A stretch of DNA of 57,600 bases from Burkholderiales bacterium. GTDB lineage: Bacteria > Pseudomonadota > Gammaproteobacteria > Burkholderiales > SG8-39. The notes below the pieces were generated by a model. That model saw only the letters and a list, made by a program, of their open reading frames with translations. It had not been told where the DNA came from and did not search any database. The position numbers and the translations under genes are program-made. Numbering within the stretch: the first letter of the stretch is position 1; every line of letters starts with the position of its first letter. Shown piece by piece: positions 1 to 12,292 of the stretch. The stretch is taken from the NCBI GenBank assembly GCA_049582445.1, contig JBAUTZ010000102.1, positions 1-57,600 on the forward strand. Reading direction: 5' to 3'.

Positions 1-1429
1 CCGCCGCGGCGCCCTGGCGCTCTTCCAGCGCCGCGCACTCGGCTTGCAGCGATTCCAGCTCCTTTTGGGCCTGGCCGATCGCCGCATCGAGCTGCGCGAT
101 GCGTCCTTGCAGGGCGTCCAGGGCCACCGGGTCGGGCTGCCCCAGAGTCGCCAGCTCGGCTTCCAGGCGCTCCCGGCGTTGCTCGAGCGGCCTGGCGTTG
201 CTCTCGATGTGAGACAGATTCGTCCGCTCGAGCTCGAGCCGGCCCTCGGCCTGCATGAGTCCGCTGCGCGCCTCGTTGAGGCGCTCCTGCGCCGAGCGGA
301 ACGCCTGCTCGGCCTGGGGCAGCTTGGCCTGCTCCTGCGCGAGGCGCGTCTGTGCCTCGGTGACGCGCTGCCTGGCGCTCGCGGCACGAGCGGCCCACAT
401 GTGTAGCGCCTGGGTGAGCTGCGAGCGCTGGTCACGCCACGATGTAAGCTGGGTCACGCGCTCGGTGTGCTGATTTTCGAGTCGCTGGCGCGTTTCCTCG
501 ACGTGGCGCAGTTCCGATTCGTGCCGCGCCACCTCCGCGTTCGCCGCGTAAAGAGCCGCTTGCGCTCCGTTCATCGCGTCGCCAGCCTGGTAGTGGGCGG
601 AACGCGCCGCCTCCAGCCGCGCCTCAACTTCCCTCAGCCGCGCGGTTTCCGCCTCGAGCTCGTTGGCGGTCCTGGCGATCTCCAGGGCATGGCGCTCGCG
701 CTCCGTCGCCGCGTCGCGTCGCCGCAGGTACCACAGCAACTGCTGCTTGAGCCGCAGGTCCGACTGGTATTCCTTGTACCGGCTCGCCACCTCGGCCTGT
801 GCTTGCAGCTTCTCGAGCTGGGCGCCGAGCTCGCCACGGATATCGGTCACCCGCGCAAGGTTTTCGCGCGTGTCACCCAGCCTGTTCTCCGTCTCCTTGC
901 GGCGCTCCTTGTATTTCGATATTCCTGCCGCTTCCTCGAGGAACACGCGCAGCTCCTCGGGCTTGGCCTCGATCACGCGCGAAATCATTCCCTGCTCGAT
1001 GATCGCGTAAGCGCGCGGACCGAGACCGGTGCCAAGGAACATGTCCGTGATGTCGCGCCGCCTGACGTGCACGTTGTTGATGTGGTACGAGGACTCGCCG
1101 TCGCGCTGCAATACCCGGCGGACGGAGATCTCCGCGTACTGCGACCACTGGCCGGCCGCGCGGCCTTGCGAATTGTCGAAGATGAGCTCGACGCTGGCGC
1201 GCGCCATCGGCTTGCGGTTGACCGAGCCGTTGAAGATCACGTCCTGCATGGAATCGCCTCGCAATGCCGAGGCGCGCGACTCGCCGAGCACCCAGCGCAC
1301 CGCGTCGATCACGTTCGACTTTCCGCAACCGTTTGGACCGACGATCCCGACGAGCTGGCCCGGAATGTGAATCGATGTTGGATCGACGAACGACTTGAAA
1401 CCGGAAAGCTTGATCTGCGTGAGGCGCAC
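1..1429 (-). CDS. smc: Chromosome segregation protein SMC, N-terminal ~476 codons; gene continues past the left window edge
   Basis: Reverse translation from GTG (1429-1427) reads [58 protein letters not shown], the SMC head with Walker A GPNGCGKS. The same frame read at the left edge (codons 58 to 2) gives coiled-coil-like [19 protein letters not shown]. It is absent from the ORF track, consistent with no stop in the window. Confidence 0.9.
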   Translation of the reverse strand, partial: MRLTQIKLSGFKSFVDPTSIHIPGQLVGIVGPNGCGKSNVIDAVRWVLGESRASALRGDSMQDVIFNGSVNRKPMARASVELIFDNSQGRAAGQWSQYAEISVRRVLQRDGESSYHINNVHVRRRDITDMFLGTGLGPRAYAIIEQGMISRVIEAKPEELRVFLEEAAGISKYKERRKETENRLGDTRENLARVTDIRGELGAQLEKLQAQAEVASRYKEYQSDLRLKQQLLWYLRRRDAATERERHALEIARTANELEAETARLREVEARLEAARSAHYQAGDAMNGAQAALYAANAEVARHESELRHVEETRQRLENQHTERVTQLTSWRDQRSQLTQALHMWAARAASARQRVTEAQTRLAQEQAKLPQAEQAFRSAQERLNEARSGLMQAEGRLELERTNLSHIESNARPLEQRRERLEAELATLGQPDPVALDALQGRIAQLDAAIGQAQKELESLQAECAALEERQGAAA

Positions 1430-1475
1430 GGACAGTGTTCGGGTCGCGATAAACGAGACGCGTCTAGAGGGAAGC

Positions 1476-1499
1476 GCCGTTGGAGAAGCCGTTGGAGAA
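1476..1499. repeat. Perfect tandem duplication of a 12-mer (GCCGTTGGAGAA x2) in the smc/queF divergent intergenic region
   Basis: Read directly: gccgttggagaa at 1476-1487 and again at 1488-1499. Confidence 0.9.
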
Positions 1500-1556
1500 A
1501 ATGCTCGTTATGATACCATTTTCACGCAATTCTCCCGCCCAGCGCGCATCTCCCAA

Positions 1557-1970
1557 ATGGCTTCGCGACCGAGCAGACGGCTGCAGACTTTTACCAATCC
1601 GTCGCCGGATCGCGACTACCGCATTCACATGGAGCTGCCGGAGTTCACCTGTCTGTGCCCAATGACCGGGCAGCCGGATTTCGCGACGCTGGAGCTCGAC
1701 TACGTGCCCGACCGGCTGTGCATCGAGCTGAAGTCGCTCAAATTGTACGTCTGGTCCTACCGCGACGAGGGAGCGTTTCACGAGGCGGTGACCAACCGCG
1801 TTCTCGACGACGTCGTGCGCGCGATTCGCCCGCGTTTCGCGCGACTCACGGCGCGCTTCAACGTCCGCGGCGGCATCTTCACGACGGTGGTCGCAGAGCA
1901 CCGCAAGCGAGGCTGGAGGCCCCCGGCACCCGTCCCGCTCGACGCGCTGCCCGGCGCTGTGCCCCGCTAA
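1557..1970 (+). CDS. queF: NADPH-dependent 7-cyano-7-deazaguanine (preQ0) reductase, unimodular type
   Basis: ATG at 1557 inside ORF 1395-1970. Catalytic Cys context [14 protein letters not shown] and QueF motif [12 protein letters not shown]; ~137 aa. Confidence 0.9.
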   Translation: MASRPSRRLQTFTNPSPDRDYRIHMELPEFTCLCPMTGQPDFATLELDYVPDRLCIELKSLKLYVWSYRDEGAFHEAVTNRVLDDVVRAIRPRFARLTARFNVRGGIFTTVVAEHRKRGWRPPAPVPLDALPGAVPR

Positions 1971-3163
1971 TGAACCCTCGTCTCGCGGCGCTGCAACCGT
2001 ACCCCTTCGAGAAGCTGCGCGGGCTCCTGCAAGGCGTCACGCCAAACGAGCGGCTGCGCCCGATCAATCTCTCCATCGGCGAGCCCAAGCACCCTACGCC
2101 CGAGCTGGTGCGGCGCACGCTCGCCGACACCCTCGACGGCCTGGCCGCGTACCCGGCCACTGCGGGCACGCCCGAGCTGCGCGAAGCCATCGCCGGATGG
2201 CTGATGCGGCGCTACCGCCTGCCGCGCGTCGACGCGATGACCCAGGTGCTGCCGGTCAACGGTTCGCGCGAGGCCCTCTTCGCCTTCGCCCAGACGGTGA
2301 TCGATTCCGGTCGCCCGAGTGCCAAGGTGGCGTGCCCCAACCCCTTCTATCAGATCTACGAGGGCGCGGCGCTGCTCGGCGGCGCAAACCCGGTCTACCT
2401 GAATGCCGTGGCGGAAAACGGCTACCGGGCGCGCTACGGCGATCTCGCGGATAGCGTGTGGGGCGACGTGCAGCTCGTCTATGCCTGCTCGCCGGCGAAC
2501 CCGAGCGGCAGCGTGATGACCCTCGAGGACTGGAGCACGCTGTTCGCGCTGGCCGATCGCCACGGCTTCGTGGTCGCGTCCGACGAGTGCTATTCGGAGC
2601 TCTACTACGACGAAGCGCACCCCCCGCTTGGCGGCCTCGAGGCCGCTCACCGGCTCGGCCGGGACGATTTTTCGCGCCTGGTCGTATTCTCAAGCCTGTC
2701 CAAGCGATCCAACGCGCCGGGCATGCGCTCCGGTTTCGTCGCCGGTGACGCATCGCTGCTCAGGAGTTTTCTGCTGTACCGGACCTACCACGGCTCCGCC
2801 ATGAGCCTGCCCGTGCAGCGCGCGTCGATCGCGGCCTGGAACGACGAGCGCCACGTACGGGAAAACCGGCGCATGTACGCGGAGAAGTTCGCCGCGGTCC
2901 TTCCCGAACTGAAGCCGTCTCTTTCTGCCTACATGCCGGAAGGGGGTTTTTACCTGTGGATGCGTACGCCGATCGACGACTGCGAGTTCGCGCGCCGTTT
3001 GCAGCATGAATATAATGTCCTCGTACTGCCGGGCAGCTACCTGGCGCGCATGTCGCAGGGGCTGAATCCGGGCAAAGACCGGGTGCGCATTGCGCTGGTG
3101 GCTCCGCTCGCCGAATGCGTCGAGGCCATTGCGCGGATCAACGACTTCGCCCGCAAGCTCTGA
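1970..3163 (+). CDS. dapC: Succinyldiaminopimelate transaminase (class I/II aminotransferase)
   Basis: Starts [20 protein letters not shown] at ATG 1970, overlapping the queF stop (TAATG). PLP-lysine region [16 protein letters not shown]. Lies directly upstream of dapD. The 502-aa track ORF is an artefactual N-terminal extension. Confidence 0.85.
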   Translation: MNPRLAALQPYPFEKLRGLLQGVTPNERLRPINLSIGEPKHPTPELVRRTLADTLDGLAAYPATAGTPELREAIAGWLMRRYRLPRVDAMTQVLPVNGSREALFAFAQTVIDSGRPSAKVACPNPFYQIYEGAALLGGANPVYLNAVAENGYRARYGDLADSVWGDVQLVYACSPANPSGSVMTLEDWSTLFALADRHGFVVASDECYSELYYDEAHPPLGGLEAAHRLGRDDFSRLVVFSSLSKRSNAPGMRSGFVAGDASLLRSFLLYRTYHGSAMSLPVQRASIAAWNDERHVRENRRMYAEKFAAVLPELKPSLSAYMPEGGFYLWMRTPIDDCEFARRLQHEYNVLVLPGSYLARMSQGLNPGKDRVRIALVAPLAECVEAIARINDFARKL

Positions 3164-3170
3164 GAGAAGA

Positions 3171-3992
3171 ATGGAATCCGCAAGAAAGCTCATCGACGAG
3201 GCCTGGGAAAACCGCGCCGCGCTCAATCCTTCCGCGGCGCCGAAAGCGTTGCGGGAGGCGGTGGAGTTCGTGATCGCGGGCCTGGACGCTGGTCGCCTGC
3301 GCGTCGCCGAGAAATCCGGCGGCGAATGGATCACGTATCAGTGGATCAAGAAGGCGGTATTGCTTTCCTTCCGCATCGAAGACAACCGGCTGCTCGAGGG
3401 TGGCGCCACCCGCTACTACGACAAGGTACCGGCGAAATTTGCGACCTATGACGGCGCGGCCTTCGCTGCCGGAGGATTCCGCGTGGTGCCGCCCGCGATG
3501 GCGCGGCGCGGCGCCTATGTGGCGCGCAACGTGGTGCTGATGCCGTCCTACGTGAACATCGGCGCCTACGTCGACGAAGGCACGATGGTGGACACCTGGG
3601 CCACGGTGGGTTCCTGTGCTCAGATCGGGAAGAACGTGCACCTGTCCGGAGGCGTCGGCATCGGCGGCGTGCTCGAGCCATTGCAAGCCAATCCGGTCAT
3701 CATCGAGGACAACTGCTTCATCGGCGCGCGCTCCGAGGTCGTCGAGGGGGTTATCGTCGAAGAGAACAGCGTCATCTCGATGGGCGTGTTCCTCGGCCAG
3801 AGCACCCGCATTCTGGACCGCGCGAGCGGAGAAGTGCTTTACGGACGGATCCCGGCGGGATCGGTCGTCGTCCCCGGAACTTTGCCCTCGGCGGACGGCC
3901 GTTACGGCCTGTATTGTGCAGTCATCGTCAAGCGCGTGGACGCCAAGACACGCGCGAAGACCAGCCTGAACGAACTGCTGCGCGGGGATTAG
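3171..3992 (+). CDS. dapD: 2,3,4,5-tetrahydropyridine-2,6-dicarboxylate N-succinyltransferase
   Basis: Starts [18 protein letters not shown]. Left-handed beta-helix hexapeptide repeats ([42 protein letters not shown]) and DapD-like C-terminus KTSLNELLR. Confidence 0.9.
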   Translation: MESARKLIDEAWENRAALNPSAAPKALREAVEFVIAGLDAGRLRVAEKSGGEWITYQWIKKAVLLSFRIEDNRLLEGGATRYYDKVPAKFATYDGAAFAAGGFRVVPPAMARRGAYVARNVVLMPSYVNIGAYVDEGTMVDTWATVGSCAQIGKNVHLSGGVGIGGVLEPLQANPVIIEDNCFIGARSEVVEGVIVEENSVISMGVFLGQSTRILDRASGEVLYGRIPAGSVVVPGTLPSADGRYGLYCAVIVKRVDAKTRAKTSLNELLRGD

Positions 3993-4026
3993 ACCGGCGT
4001 AACGGCACTTGGCGGGGGGAAGAGAC

Positions 4027-6373
<2,347 letters not shown>

Positions 6374-6380
6374 CACTCCC

Positions 6381-7352
6381 GTGGCGGCGCGCGCCCCGAT
6401 CACTGTCGGCGAATTCATACGCGCCGCGACGCGGCGCTTCGAGCGCGCGGGACTGCATTTCGGCCACGGGACGCACAGCGCGCGCGACGAGGCGGCCTAC
6501 CTCGTGCTGCATACGCTGCGCCTGCCCTACGAGGCGCTGCGCGCGAGCCTCGCGCGCCGCCTCATCCCCGCCGAGCGCGCGATGCTAGACGCGATCATCG
6601 CGCGCCGCATCGGCGAGCGCCTGCCCTCGCCCTACCTCACCCACGAAGCCTGGCTCGGCGAGTACCGCTTCTACATCGACCCGCGCGCGATCGTGCCGCG
6701 CGCGTTCATCGCCGAGCTGCAGCGGGAAGGTCTGCACCCCTGGCTGCGCCGACCGGTGCGCAGCGCCCTCGACCTGTGCACCGGCTCGGGCTGCCTCGCG
6801 GTGCTGCTCGCGAAGGGCTTTCCCGAGGCGCACGTCGACGCGGCCGACCTGTCTGCCGCGGCGCTCGCCGTGGCGCGAAGAAACGTCGCGCGCTACAGCC
6901 TGGAGCGGCGCGTGCGGCTCGTGCGCTCCGACCTCTTTTCGGCACTCGGCGCACGGCGCTACGACCTGATCGTCAGCAACCCGCCCTATGTCAACGCGGC
7001 CTCGATGCGCACCCTTCCCCCTGAGTACCGCCACGAGCCGCGCATGGCGCTTGCCGGCGGCGTCGACGGCCTCGACCTGGTGCGGCGGATCCTCGCTGAG
7101 GCAGGCGAGCATCTGTCGGAACGGGGGCTGCTCGTGTGCGAGATCGGCCATAACCGCCGCGCCCTGGAAAGGGCATTCCCCGCGCTGCCGTTCGTCTGGC
7201 CCGAAACGAGCGCCGGACCGCAGCACGTGTTCGTCATCGAGCGCGAGCAGCTGCCGCTCACCACGGCTGCTTCGCCTTCCGCCACGCGCGCCAGACGACG
7301 CCAAGGCGCTTCACCAGGCGCTTCTCGCGCAGAACGAGTTCGGCGCGCATGA
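6381..7352 (+). CDS. prmB: 50S ribosomal protein L3 N5-glutamine methyltransferase
   Basis: GTG start. SAM motif LDLCTGSGCLAV and catalytic SNPPYV, with end-to-end PrmB-like layout. The last ~35 aa look like read-through tail that overlaps the convergent gene. Confidence 0.85.
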   Translation: MAARAPITVGEFIRAATRRFERAGLHFGHGTHSARDEAAYLVLHTLRLPYEALRASLARRLIPAERAMLDAIIARRIGERLPSPYLTHEAWLGEYRFYIDPRAIVPRAFIAELQREGLHPWLRRPVRSALDLCTGSGCLAVLLAKGFPEAHVDAADLSAAALAVARRNVARYSLERRVRLVRSDLFSALGARRYDLIVSNPPYVNAASMRTLPPEYRHEPRMALAGGVDGLDLVRRILAEAGEHLSERGLLVCEIGHNRRALERAFPALPFVWPETSAGPQHVFVIEREQLPLTTAASPSATRARRRQGASPGASRAERVRRA

Positions 7353-8739
7353 GCCGGGCCTCCGCGGCTACTTTCCCGCCGTCCAGCTCGCGCAGCAGCC
7401 GCCGGCCGACTGCGATGTCATTCAGCTCGCCGAGCGCGTCCTGCAGCGCCTCGAGCCGCTCGAGATAGCGCAGCGTCCTGCGGGGCGGATAGAGAGAAAC
7501 GAACGGCTCGCAGGCGTAACGCAGCCGCTTGGCGCAAATGCGCAGTCGATGGCGCGCGGCAGCATCCGCCCAATCGATCTCGGCCCCCTCGCGCTTAAGC
7601 CTTCTCTCCGCGCGCGCCAGTGCGCGCCGCGCGTACGCGGGTACCGGTTGCTCCCACAGACGACGCTCTTTGTCGCCGCTCCGGCGCCACGACGCTTGGT
7701 GCATCCAGCGCAGCAGGTCGAGCAGAAACGCCTGCAAGGGCGCCGAACCCGCGAGCTCGCGTGCCTGTGCACGTACAGCGGCGCGCCGCCGGCGCGCCCG
7801 CCGCAGGAGTCGTGCGTACGGCGCAAGGCCGGCACAGAACACATCCCGGTCGCGCGCGCTTCCCAGCACCGGCGAGAATTCCCTCAAGCGTGCAATGGGC
7901 CCGCGAATATCCGCGGATGACGCGAGCGGCTTGAAAACGCGCAGCGCGGCGCGCAGCCGGCGCAAGCCTACGCGCAGCTGGTGCAGATACTCCGGATCGC
8001 GCGCGTGCGCAACGCCCCAGGCATTGGCCTCGACCTGCGCCAGGCACGCCTGCAGCACCGCGAGCATTGCGGCCTCGGCGGAGCCGTCCCGCGTCAGGGC
8101 AGGTCGCTGCGCCTTGACCGGCGCCGACGGCTCGGCGGCAGCGAGTCCATAGCCGCGCTCGGCCTTGCTCAAGGGCTCCAGCGCGAGAGCCAACGGCGCC
8201 ACCAGGCCGGCGGCGAACTCCAGCATCGCGTCGAGGCTGCCTTCGCGCAGCTCGAGCTCCAGCTCGCGAAGCGGAACGCTGCGGCGCCCCGCGACGATCC
8301 GTCCTTCGTCGATGCACAGCTCCGCCGTCGTGCCCCCGGGGAGCGCGATCTCCACCGATTGCCGCGTGAAGCGCGTCGTGAACACCGGCGCAAGGTGCGG
8401 GATGAGCCGCCGCAGGTCGATCTGCGTCGCCTCGGCGATTTCCTCCAGCGGCAGCGCCTCCGGTGCCAGCATGCCACGCATTACCGGAACCTCCCATTCG
8501 CTTCGCTGCGCGAGCCCGGCGGCCAACACGCCTTCCCACTTGAAGCACATCAGCCAGCGCCGGCCATCGCGCCGCAGGCGCAGCGCCGCGTGCGCGGTGC
8601 GCAGACGACGATGAGGCGTGTCGTAATAGACGCTCTCTACCGAGCGCCGCCGAACCGCGGGAGTTCCGGAAAGCAGATTCCAGACACGGGATGCCAAGCG
8701 CGCCGGAAGCCGGAACTTGAGCTCGCGCTCGATTTGCAT
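7258..8739 (-). CDS. CYTH domain plus CHAD domain protein (triphosphate tunnel metalloenzyme fused to a polyphosphate-granule-associated domain)
   Basis: N-terminal MQIERELKFRLP carries the CYTH ExExK signature. The C-terminal ~270 aa are a helical, His/Arg-rich CHAD-like region (LHQLRVGLRRLRAALRVF, RHRLRICAKRLRYACE). Confidence 0.8.
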   Translation of the reverse strand: MQIERELKFRLPARLASRVWNLLSGTPAVRRRSVESVYYDTPHRRLRTAHAALRLRRDGRRWLMCFKWEGVLAAGLAQRSEWEVPVMRGMLAPEALPLEEIAEATQIDLRRLIPHLAPVFTTRFTRQSVEIALPGGTTAELCIDEGRIVAGRRSVPLRELELELREGSLDAMLEFAAGLVAPLALALEPLSKAERGYGLAAAEPSAPVKAQRPALTRDGSAEAAMLAVLQACLAQVEANAWGVAHARDPEYLHQLRVGLRRLRAALRVFKPLASSADIRGPIARLREFSPVLGSARDRDVFCAGLAPYARLLRRARRRRAAVRAQARELAGSAPLQAFLLDLLRWMHQASWRRSGDKERRLWEQPVPAYARRALARAERRLKREGAEIDWADAAARHRLRICAKRLRYACEPFVSLYPPRRTLRYLERLEALQDALGELNDIAVGRRLLRELDGGKVAAEARLMRAELVLREKRLVKRLGVVWRAWRKAKQPW

Positions 8740-8758
8740 CCGTCGCTAATAGAAAGTT

Positions 8759-8834
8759 TGGGGTGGCCGATGGGATTCGAACCCACAACAACTGGAATCA
8801 CAATCCAGGACTCTACCGTTGAGCTACGGCCACC
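8759..8834 (-). tRNA. tRNA-His (anticodon GTG)
   Basis: Reverse complement GGTGGCCGTAGCTCAACGGTAGAGTCCTGGATTGTGATTCCAG...GGTTCGAATCCCATCGGCCACCCCA. It has the extra G-1 paired with C73, anticodon loop TTGTGAT, T-loop GGTTCGAATCC and an encoded CCA. Confidence 0.95.
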
Positions 8835-8887
8835 GTCGTACTACAAGCCTGCTGCGCCTCGCGGCGCTTCACTTCATTCGGGCGCTC

Positions 8888-8964
8888 TGGCCTGCCCGGC
8901 GGGACTCGAACCCACAACCCCCAGCTTAGAAGGCTGGTGCTCTATCCGGTTGAGCTACGGGCAG
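8888..8964 (-). tRNA. tRNA-Arg (anticodon TCT)
   Basis: Reverse complement CTGCCCGTAGCTCAACCGGATAGAGCACCAGCCTTCTAAGCTGG...GGGTTCGAGTCCCGCCGGGCAGGCCA. Anticodon loop CTTCTAA; cloverleaf pairs check by hand. Confidence 0.95.
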
Positions 8965-8991
8965 TCCCGTTGCCGCAAGCCCCTGCAAACG

Positions 8992-9068
8992 TGGTCGGGG
9001 TGGAGAGATTCGAACTCCCGACATCTTGCTCCCAAAGCAAGCGCGCTACCAGGCTGCGCCACACCCCG
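8992..9068 (-). tRNA. tRNA-Pro (anticodon TGG)
   Basis: Reverse complement CGGGGTGTGGCGCAGCCTGGTAGCGCGCTTGCTTTGGGAGCAAG...GGAGTTCGAATCTCTCCACCCCGACCA. Anticodon loop TTTGGGA. Confidence 0.95.
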
Positions 9069-9216
9069 AAAATGGCGGCACATGATACCCTCGCGGCCCG
9101 TTGTAGGCAACGCAACTCGGTGAAAAGTCAAGCATAACCTCGCACCGAGAGTTTGCTTGCCGCAGGGGGTCTTTTCTGCTACAAAGCGCCTTTCATTTTT
9201 TCAGACTACAGCATCG

Positions 9217-9642
9217 ATGGCTGTCGAACTGACACGAAAAAGCTTCACGCCTTACGCTCCCAAGAAGGGCGAGGAGTACATGAACACCCGGCAACGGACG
9301 CATTTCAGGAAGATTCTCGAGCAGCTGAAAAGCGAACTGTCGGAGGAGATCGATCGCACCGTGCACACGATGCAGGACGAGGCGACCGTGTTCGCGGACC
9401 CGAACGACCGCGCGAGCCAGGAGTCCGACATGGCGCTCGAGCTTCGCAACCGCGACCGGGAGCGCAAGCTGATCAAGAAGATCGACGAGACGATCGCACG
9501 CATCGATGCGAACGACTACGGCTACTGCGACAGCTGCGGGGTCGAGATCGGGCTCAAGCGCCTCGAGGCGCGCCCGACGGCCACGCTGTGCATCGACTGC
9601 AAGACGCTCGACGAGATGCGCGAGAAGCAGGTCGCGAAGTAG
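9217..9642 (+). CDS. dksA: RNA polymerase-binding transcription factor DksA
   Basis: MAVELTRKSFTPYAPKKGEEYMN, coiled-coil tip FADPNDRASQESD, and C4 zinc finger CDSCGVEIGLKRLEARPTATLCIDC. Confidence 0.95.
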   Translation: MAVELTRKSFTPYAPKKGEEYMNTRQRTHFRKILEQLKSELSEEIDRTVHTMQDEATVFADPNDRASQESDMALELRNRDRERKLIKKIDETIARIDANDYGYCDSCGVEIGLKRLEARPTATLCIDCKTLDEMREKQVAK

Positions 9643-9659
9643 AGTCCCCGTCGGGGGCG

Positions 9660-9690
9660 AAAAAAAGGGGCGCTGCGGCGCCCCTTTTCT
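9660..9690. terminator. Bidirectional rho-independent terminator between convergent dksA and pnp
   Basis: AAAAAAA-GGGGCGC-TGCG-GCGCCCC-TTTT: a 7-bp GC stem flanked by an A-run and a T-run. Confidence 0.85.
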
Positions 9691-9708
9691 ATTGACGAAC
9701 GGCCTGGC

Positions 9709-11823
9709 TCAGCCCTGCTTCGCGGCCTCGGGCTGGTTGATTGCCTTCATCGACAGCCGCACCCGCCCCTTGTCGTCCGCTTCGAGCACCTTCACCTTCA
9801 CCGACTGGCCCTCCTTGAGGTGATCGGACACGGCGTTGACGCGCTCGTGGCTGATCTGCGAGATGTGGAGCAACCCATCCCGTCCCGGCAGCAGCTGGAC
9901 GATGGCGCCGAAATCGAGCAGGCGAAGGACCGTTCCCTCGTAGACCTTGCCCACCTCGACGTCCGCGGTCAGCTCCTGGATCTTCTTCCTCGCGGCCTCG
10001 CCTCCTTCGGAAGTCACGCAGGCGATATTGATCGTGCCGTCGTCCTCGATCTCGATCGTGGTGCCCGTTTCCTCCTGGATGCCGCGGATCACCACGCCGC
10101 CCTTGCCGATCACGTCGCGGATCTTGTCCGGGTTGATCTTGATCTTGATGATGCGCGGCGCGTACGTCGACAACTCGGTACGCGAACCCTCGATCGCACG
10201 CTTCATGATGTCCAGGATGTGCATGCGACCTTCGCGCGCCTGGTTCAGCGCCACCTGCATGATTTCCTTGGTGATCGACTCGATCTTGAGATCCATTTGC
10301 AGCGCCGTGACGCCGCGCTCGGTTCCGGCCACCTTGAAGTCCATGTCTCCGAGATGGTCCTCGTCACCGAGGATGTCAGTAAGGACCGCGAAGCGGTTGC
10401 CTTCCTTGATCAACCCCATGGCGATACCAGCGACGTGGGCCTTCGACGGCACCCCCGCATCCATCAGGGCCAGGCTTCCGCCGCATACCGACGCCATCGA
10501 CGATGAGCCGTTGGATTCGGTGATCTCGGACACGACCCTGATCGAATAACCGAACTCCTCCTGGCCCGGCAGCACCGCTACCAGGGCGCGCTTGGCGAGC
10601 CGTCCATGGCCGATCTCCCGGCGCTTCGGAGGCCCCATGCGCCCCACCTCGCCCGTCGCGTAGGGCGGCATGTTGTAGTGGAGCATGAAGCGCTCGCGGT
10701 ACTCGCCGGTGATCGCATCGACGATCTGCTCGTCGCGCCCGGTGCCGAGCGTTACGGTCACCAGGGCCTGCGTTTCACCGCGCGTGAACAGCGCCGAACC
10801 GTGCGTACGTGGCAGCACGCCGACGCGGACGTCGATCGGCCTCACGGTGCGCGTGTCGCGGCCGTCGATGCGGGGCTCGCCGTCCAGAATCTGTCCGCGG
10901 ACGATCTTCGATTCGAGGCCGAAGAAGATATCCTTGACTTCGTTCGCATCCATCTTCTCGCCGGAAGCGGCAGCCACTTCCTCGAGATTGGCGAACGTGT
11001 TCCTGCGGATCTCGGAAAGCCGTGCATTGCGCTGCTGCTTTTGCTTCATCTCGAAGGCGGCGCGCAGATCCGCCTCGGCCAGCGCCGTAATGCGGCCGAT
11101 CAGCGCCTCGTTTGCGGGCGCGGGCTTCCAGTCCCAGGCCGGCTTGCCGGCCGTCTCGGCGAGCTCGTCGATCGCCTGGATGGCCGCCTGCATCTGCTCA
11201 TGACCGAAGACGACCGCCCCGAGCATCACGTCCTCGGGAAGCTCGAATGCCTCGGACTCGACCATCAGGACGCCCTGCACGGTTCCCGCCACAACCAGGT
11301 TGAGCTTGGACTCCTTGAGCTGCGTCGCCGTGGGGTTGAGCACGTATCCGCCGTCGATATATCCAACGCGGCAGGCGCCGATCGGGCCGTTGAACGGTAT
11401 TCCCGAGATTGTCAGGGCCGCCGACACCGCGATCATCGCCGGAATGTCCGGGTCCACCTCGGGGTTGACCGAGACGACCGTCGCGACGACCTGCACTTCG
11501 TTGTAGAAGCCCTCCGGAAACAGCGGTCGGATGGGACGGTCGATCAGGCGGCACGTGAGCGTCTCCTTTTCGGAGAGCCGGCCTTCGCGTTTGAAGAACC
11601 CCCCTGGGATCTTTCCGGCCGCGTAAGTCTTTTCCACGTAATCCACGGTGAGGGGAAAGAAGTCCTGTCCCGCGCGCGGTTCCTTGGCGGCGACAACCGT
11701 GGCGAGAACGACCGTGTCGTCCATGGTGCACACAACCGCACCTCCGGCCTGACGCGCGATCTCGCCCGTTTCGAGGGTGACCTCGCGGCCACCGAATGCA
11801 AATGTCTTCTTGATCGGATTCAA
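9709..11823 (-). CDS. pnp: Polyribonucleotide nucleotidyltransferase (PNPase)
   Basis: 704 aa: two RNase PH domains, then KH ([20 protein letters not shown]) and S1 ([34 protein letters not shown]). TTG start (11823-11821) preceded by GAAGGAAC; E. coli pnp also uses a UUG start. Confidence 0.97.
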   Translation of the reverse strand: MNPIKKTFAFGGREVTLETGEIARQAGGAVVCTMDDTVVLATVVAAKEPRAGQDFFPLTVDYVEKTYAAGKIPGGFFKREGRLSEKETLTCRLIDRPIRPLFPEGFYNEVQVVATVVSVNPEVDPDIPAMIAVSAALTISGIPFNGPIGACRVGYIDGGYVLNPTATQLKESKLNLVVAGTVQGVLMVESEAFELPEDVMLGAVVFGHEQMQAAIQAIDELAETAGKPAWDWKPAPANEALIGRITALAEADLRAAFEMKQKQQRNARLSEIRRNTFANLEEVAAASGEKMDANEVKDIFFGLESKIVRGQILDGEPRIDGRDTRTVRPIDVRVGVLPRTHGSALFTRGETQALVTVTLGTGRDEQIVDAITGEYRERFMLHYNMPPYATGEVGRMGPPKRREIGHGRLAKRALVAVLPGQEEFGYSIRVVSEITESNGSSSMASVCGGSLALMDAGVPSKAHVAGIAMGLIKEGNRFAVLTDILGDEDHLGDMDFKVAGTERGVTALQMDLKIESITKEIMQVALNQAREGRMHILDIMKRAIEGSRTELSTYAPRIIKIKINPDKIRDVIGKGGVVIRGIQEETGTTIEIEDDGTINIACVTSEGGEAARKKIQELTADVEVGKVYEGTVLRLLDFGAIVQLLPGRDGLLHISQISHERVNAVSDHLKEGQSVKVKVLEADDKGRVRLSMKAINQPEAAKQG

Positions 11824-11846
11824 GGCGTGTTCCTTCTAGCTGATAA

Positions 11847-11868
11847 GGCGCGCCACCCTGGGCGCGCC
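11847..11868 (-). promoter_or_regulatory. GC-rich hairpin in the pnp 5' leader, a candidate RNase III/PNPase autoregulation stem
   Basis: GGCGCGCC-ACCCTG-GGCGCGCC: a perfect 8-bp stem lying ~25 nt upstream of the pnp start. Confidence 0.45.
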
Positions 11869-11901
11869 GTCGCCGTGCTCAGGGCAGGCGGCGAACGCAA
11901 T

Positions 11902-11932
11902 AAAAAAAAACGCCCATCCGACGAATGAGCGT
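11902..11932 (-). terminator. rpsO rho-independent terminator
   Basis: Sense strand ACGCTCAT-TCGTCGG-ATGGGCGT followed by a run of 9 T. It lies ~27 nt after the rpsO stop. Confidence 0.85.
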
Positions 11933-11958
11933 TTTCCTAGGATGCATCGAGACGAGTT

Positions 11959-12228
11959 CTACTTGCGCAGGCTGAGTTGTTCGATCAGCGACCGATATTT
12001 GTCTGCGTCGTTGCGCTTCAGGTAATCGAGCAACTTGCGTCGCTGACTCACGAGCTTCAGGAGCCCGCGGCGCGAGTGAAAATCCTTCACGTGGGTCTTG
12101 AAATGCTCCGTCAAGCCATTGATGCGCTCGGTGAGCAGCGCGACCTGCACCTCTGGCGAACCGGTGTCGTTACCGGTCCGTTGAAACTGTTTCACGACTT
12201 GCGCCTTCTGCGCGACCTGCAAAGCCAT
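11959..12228 (-). CDS. rpsO: 30S ribosomal protein S15
   Basis: [72 protein letters not shown]; 89 aa. Confidence 0.98.
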   Translation of the reverse strand: MALQVAQKAQVVKQFQRTGNDTGSPEVQVALLTERINGLTEHFKTHVKDFHSRRGLLKLVSQRRKLLDYLKRNDADKYRSLIEQLSLRK

Positions 12229-12292
12229 AATCTCTCCTCGAGCAAACCGGGATTTTACCCGAACGTTCCGCTCAAGAACAAGTTTTTTGATG

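Noticed and set aside
467-1513. 348-aa plus-strand ORF, together with 44-406, 663-1010 and 1029-1370.
   Set aside because: These are antisense to the smc N-terminal region, which reads as a canonical SMC head plus coiled coil on the minus strand.
1430-1556. Possible preQ1 riboswitch upstream of queF.
   Set aside because: I could not find the compact preQ1-I/II hairpin-plus-A-rich-tail architecture. Only the 12-mer tandem repeat stands out.
8750-9216. The tRNA-His/Arg/Pro cluster as a possible genomic-island integration site.
   Set aside because: There is no integrase, no direct repeat of a tRNA 3' end and no compositional break on either side. The flanking genes (CYTH/CHAD and dksA) are ordinary chromosomal genes.
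10606-11928. 440-aa plus-strand ORF, together with 9820-10549 and 10685-11203.
   Set aside because: These are antisense to pnp, and the 440-aa ORF runs through the pnp start and leader hairpins. No motifs.
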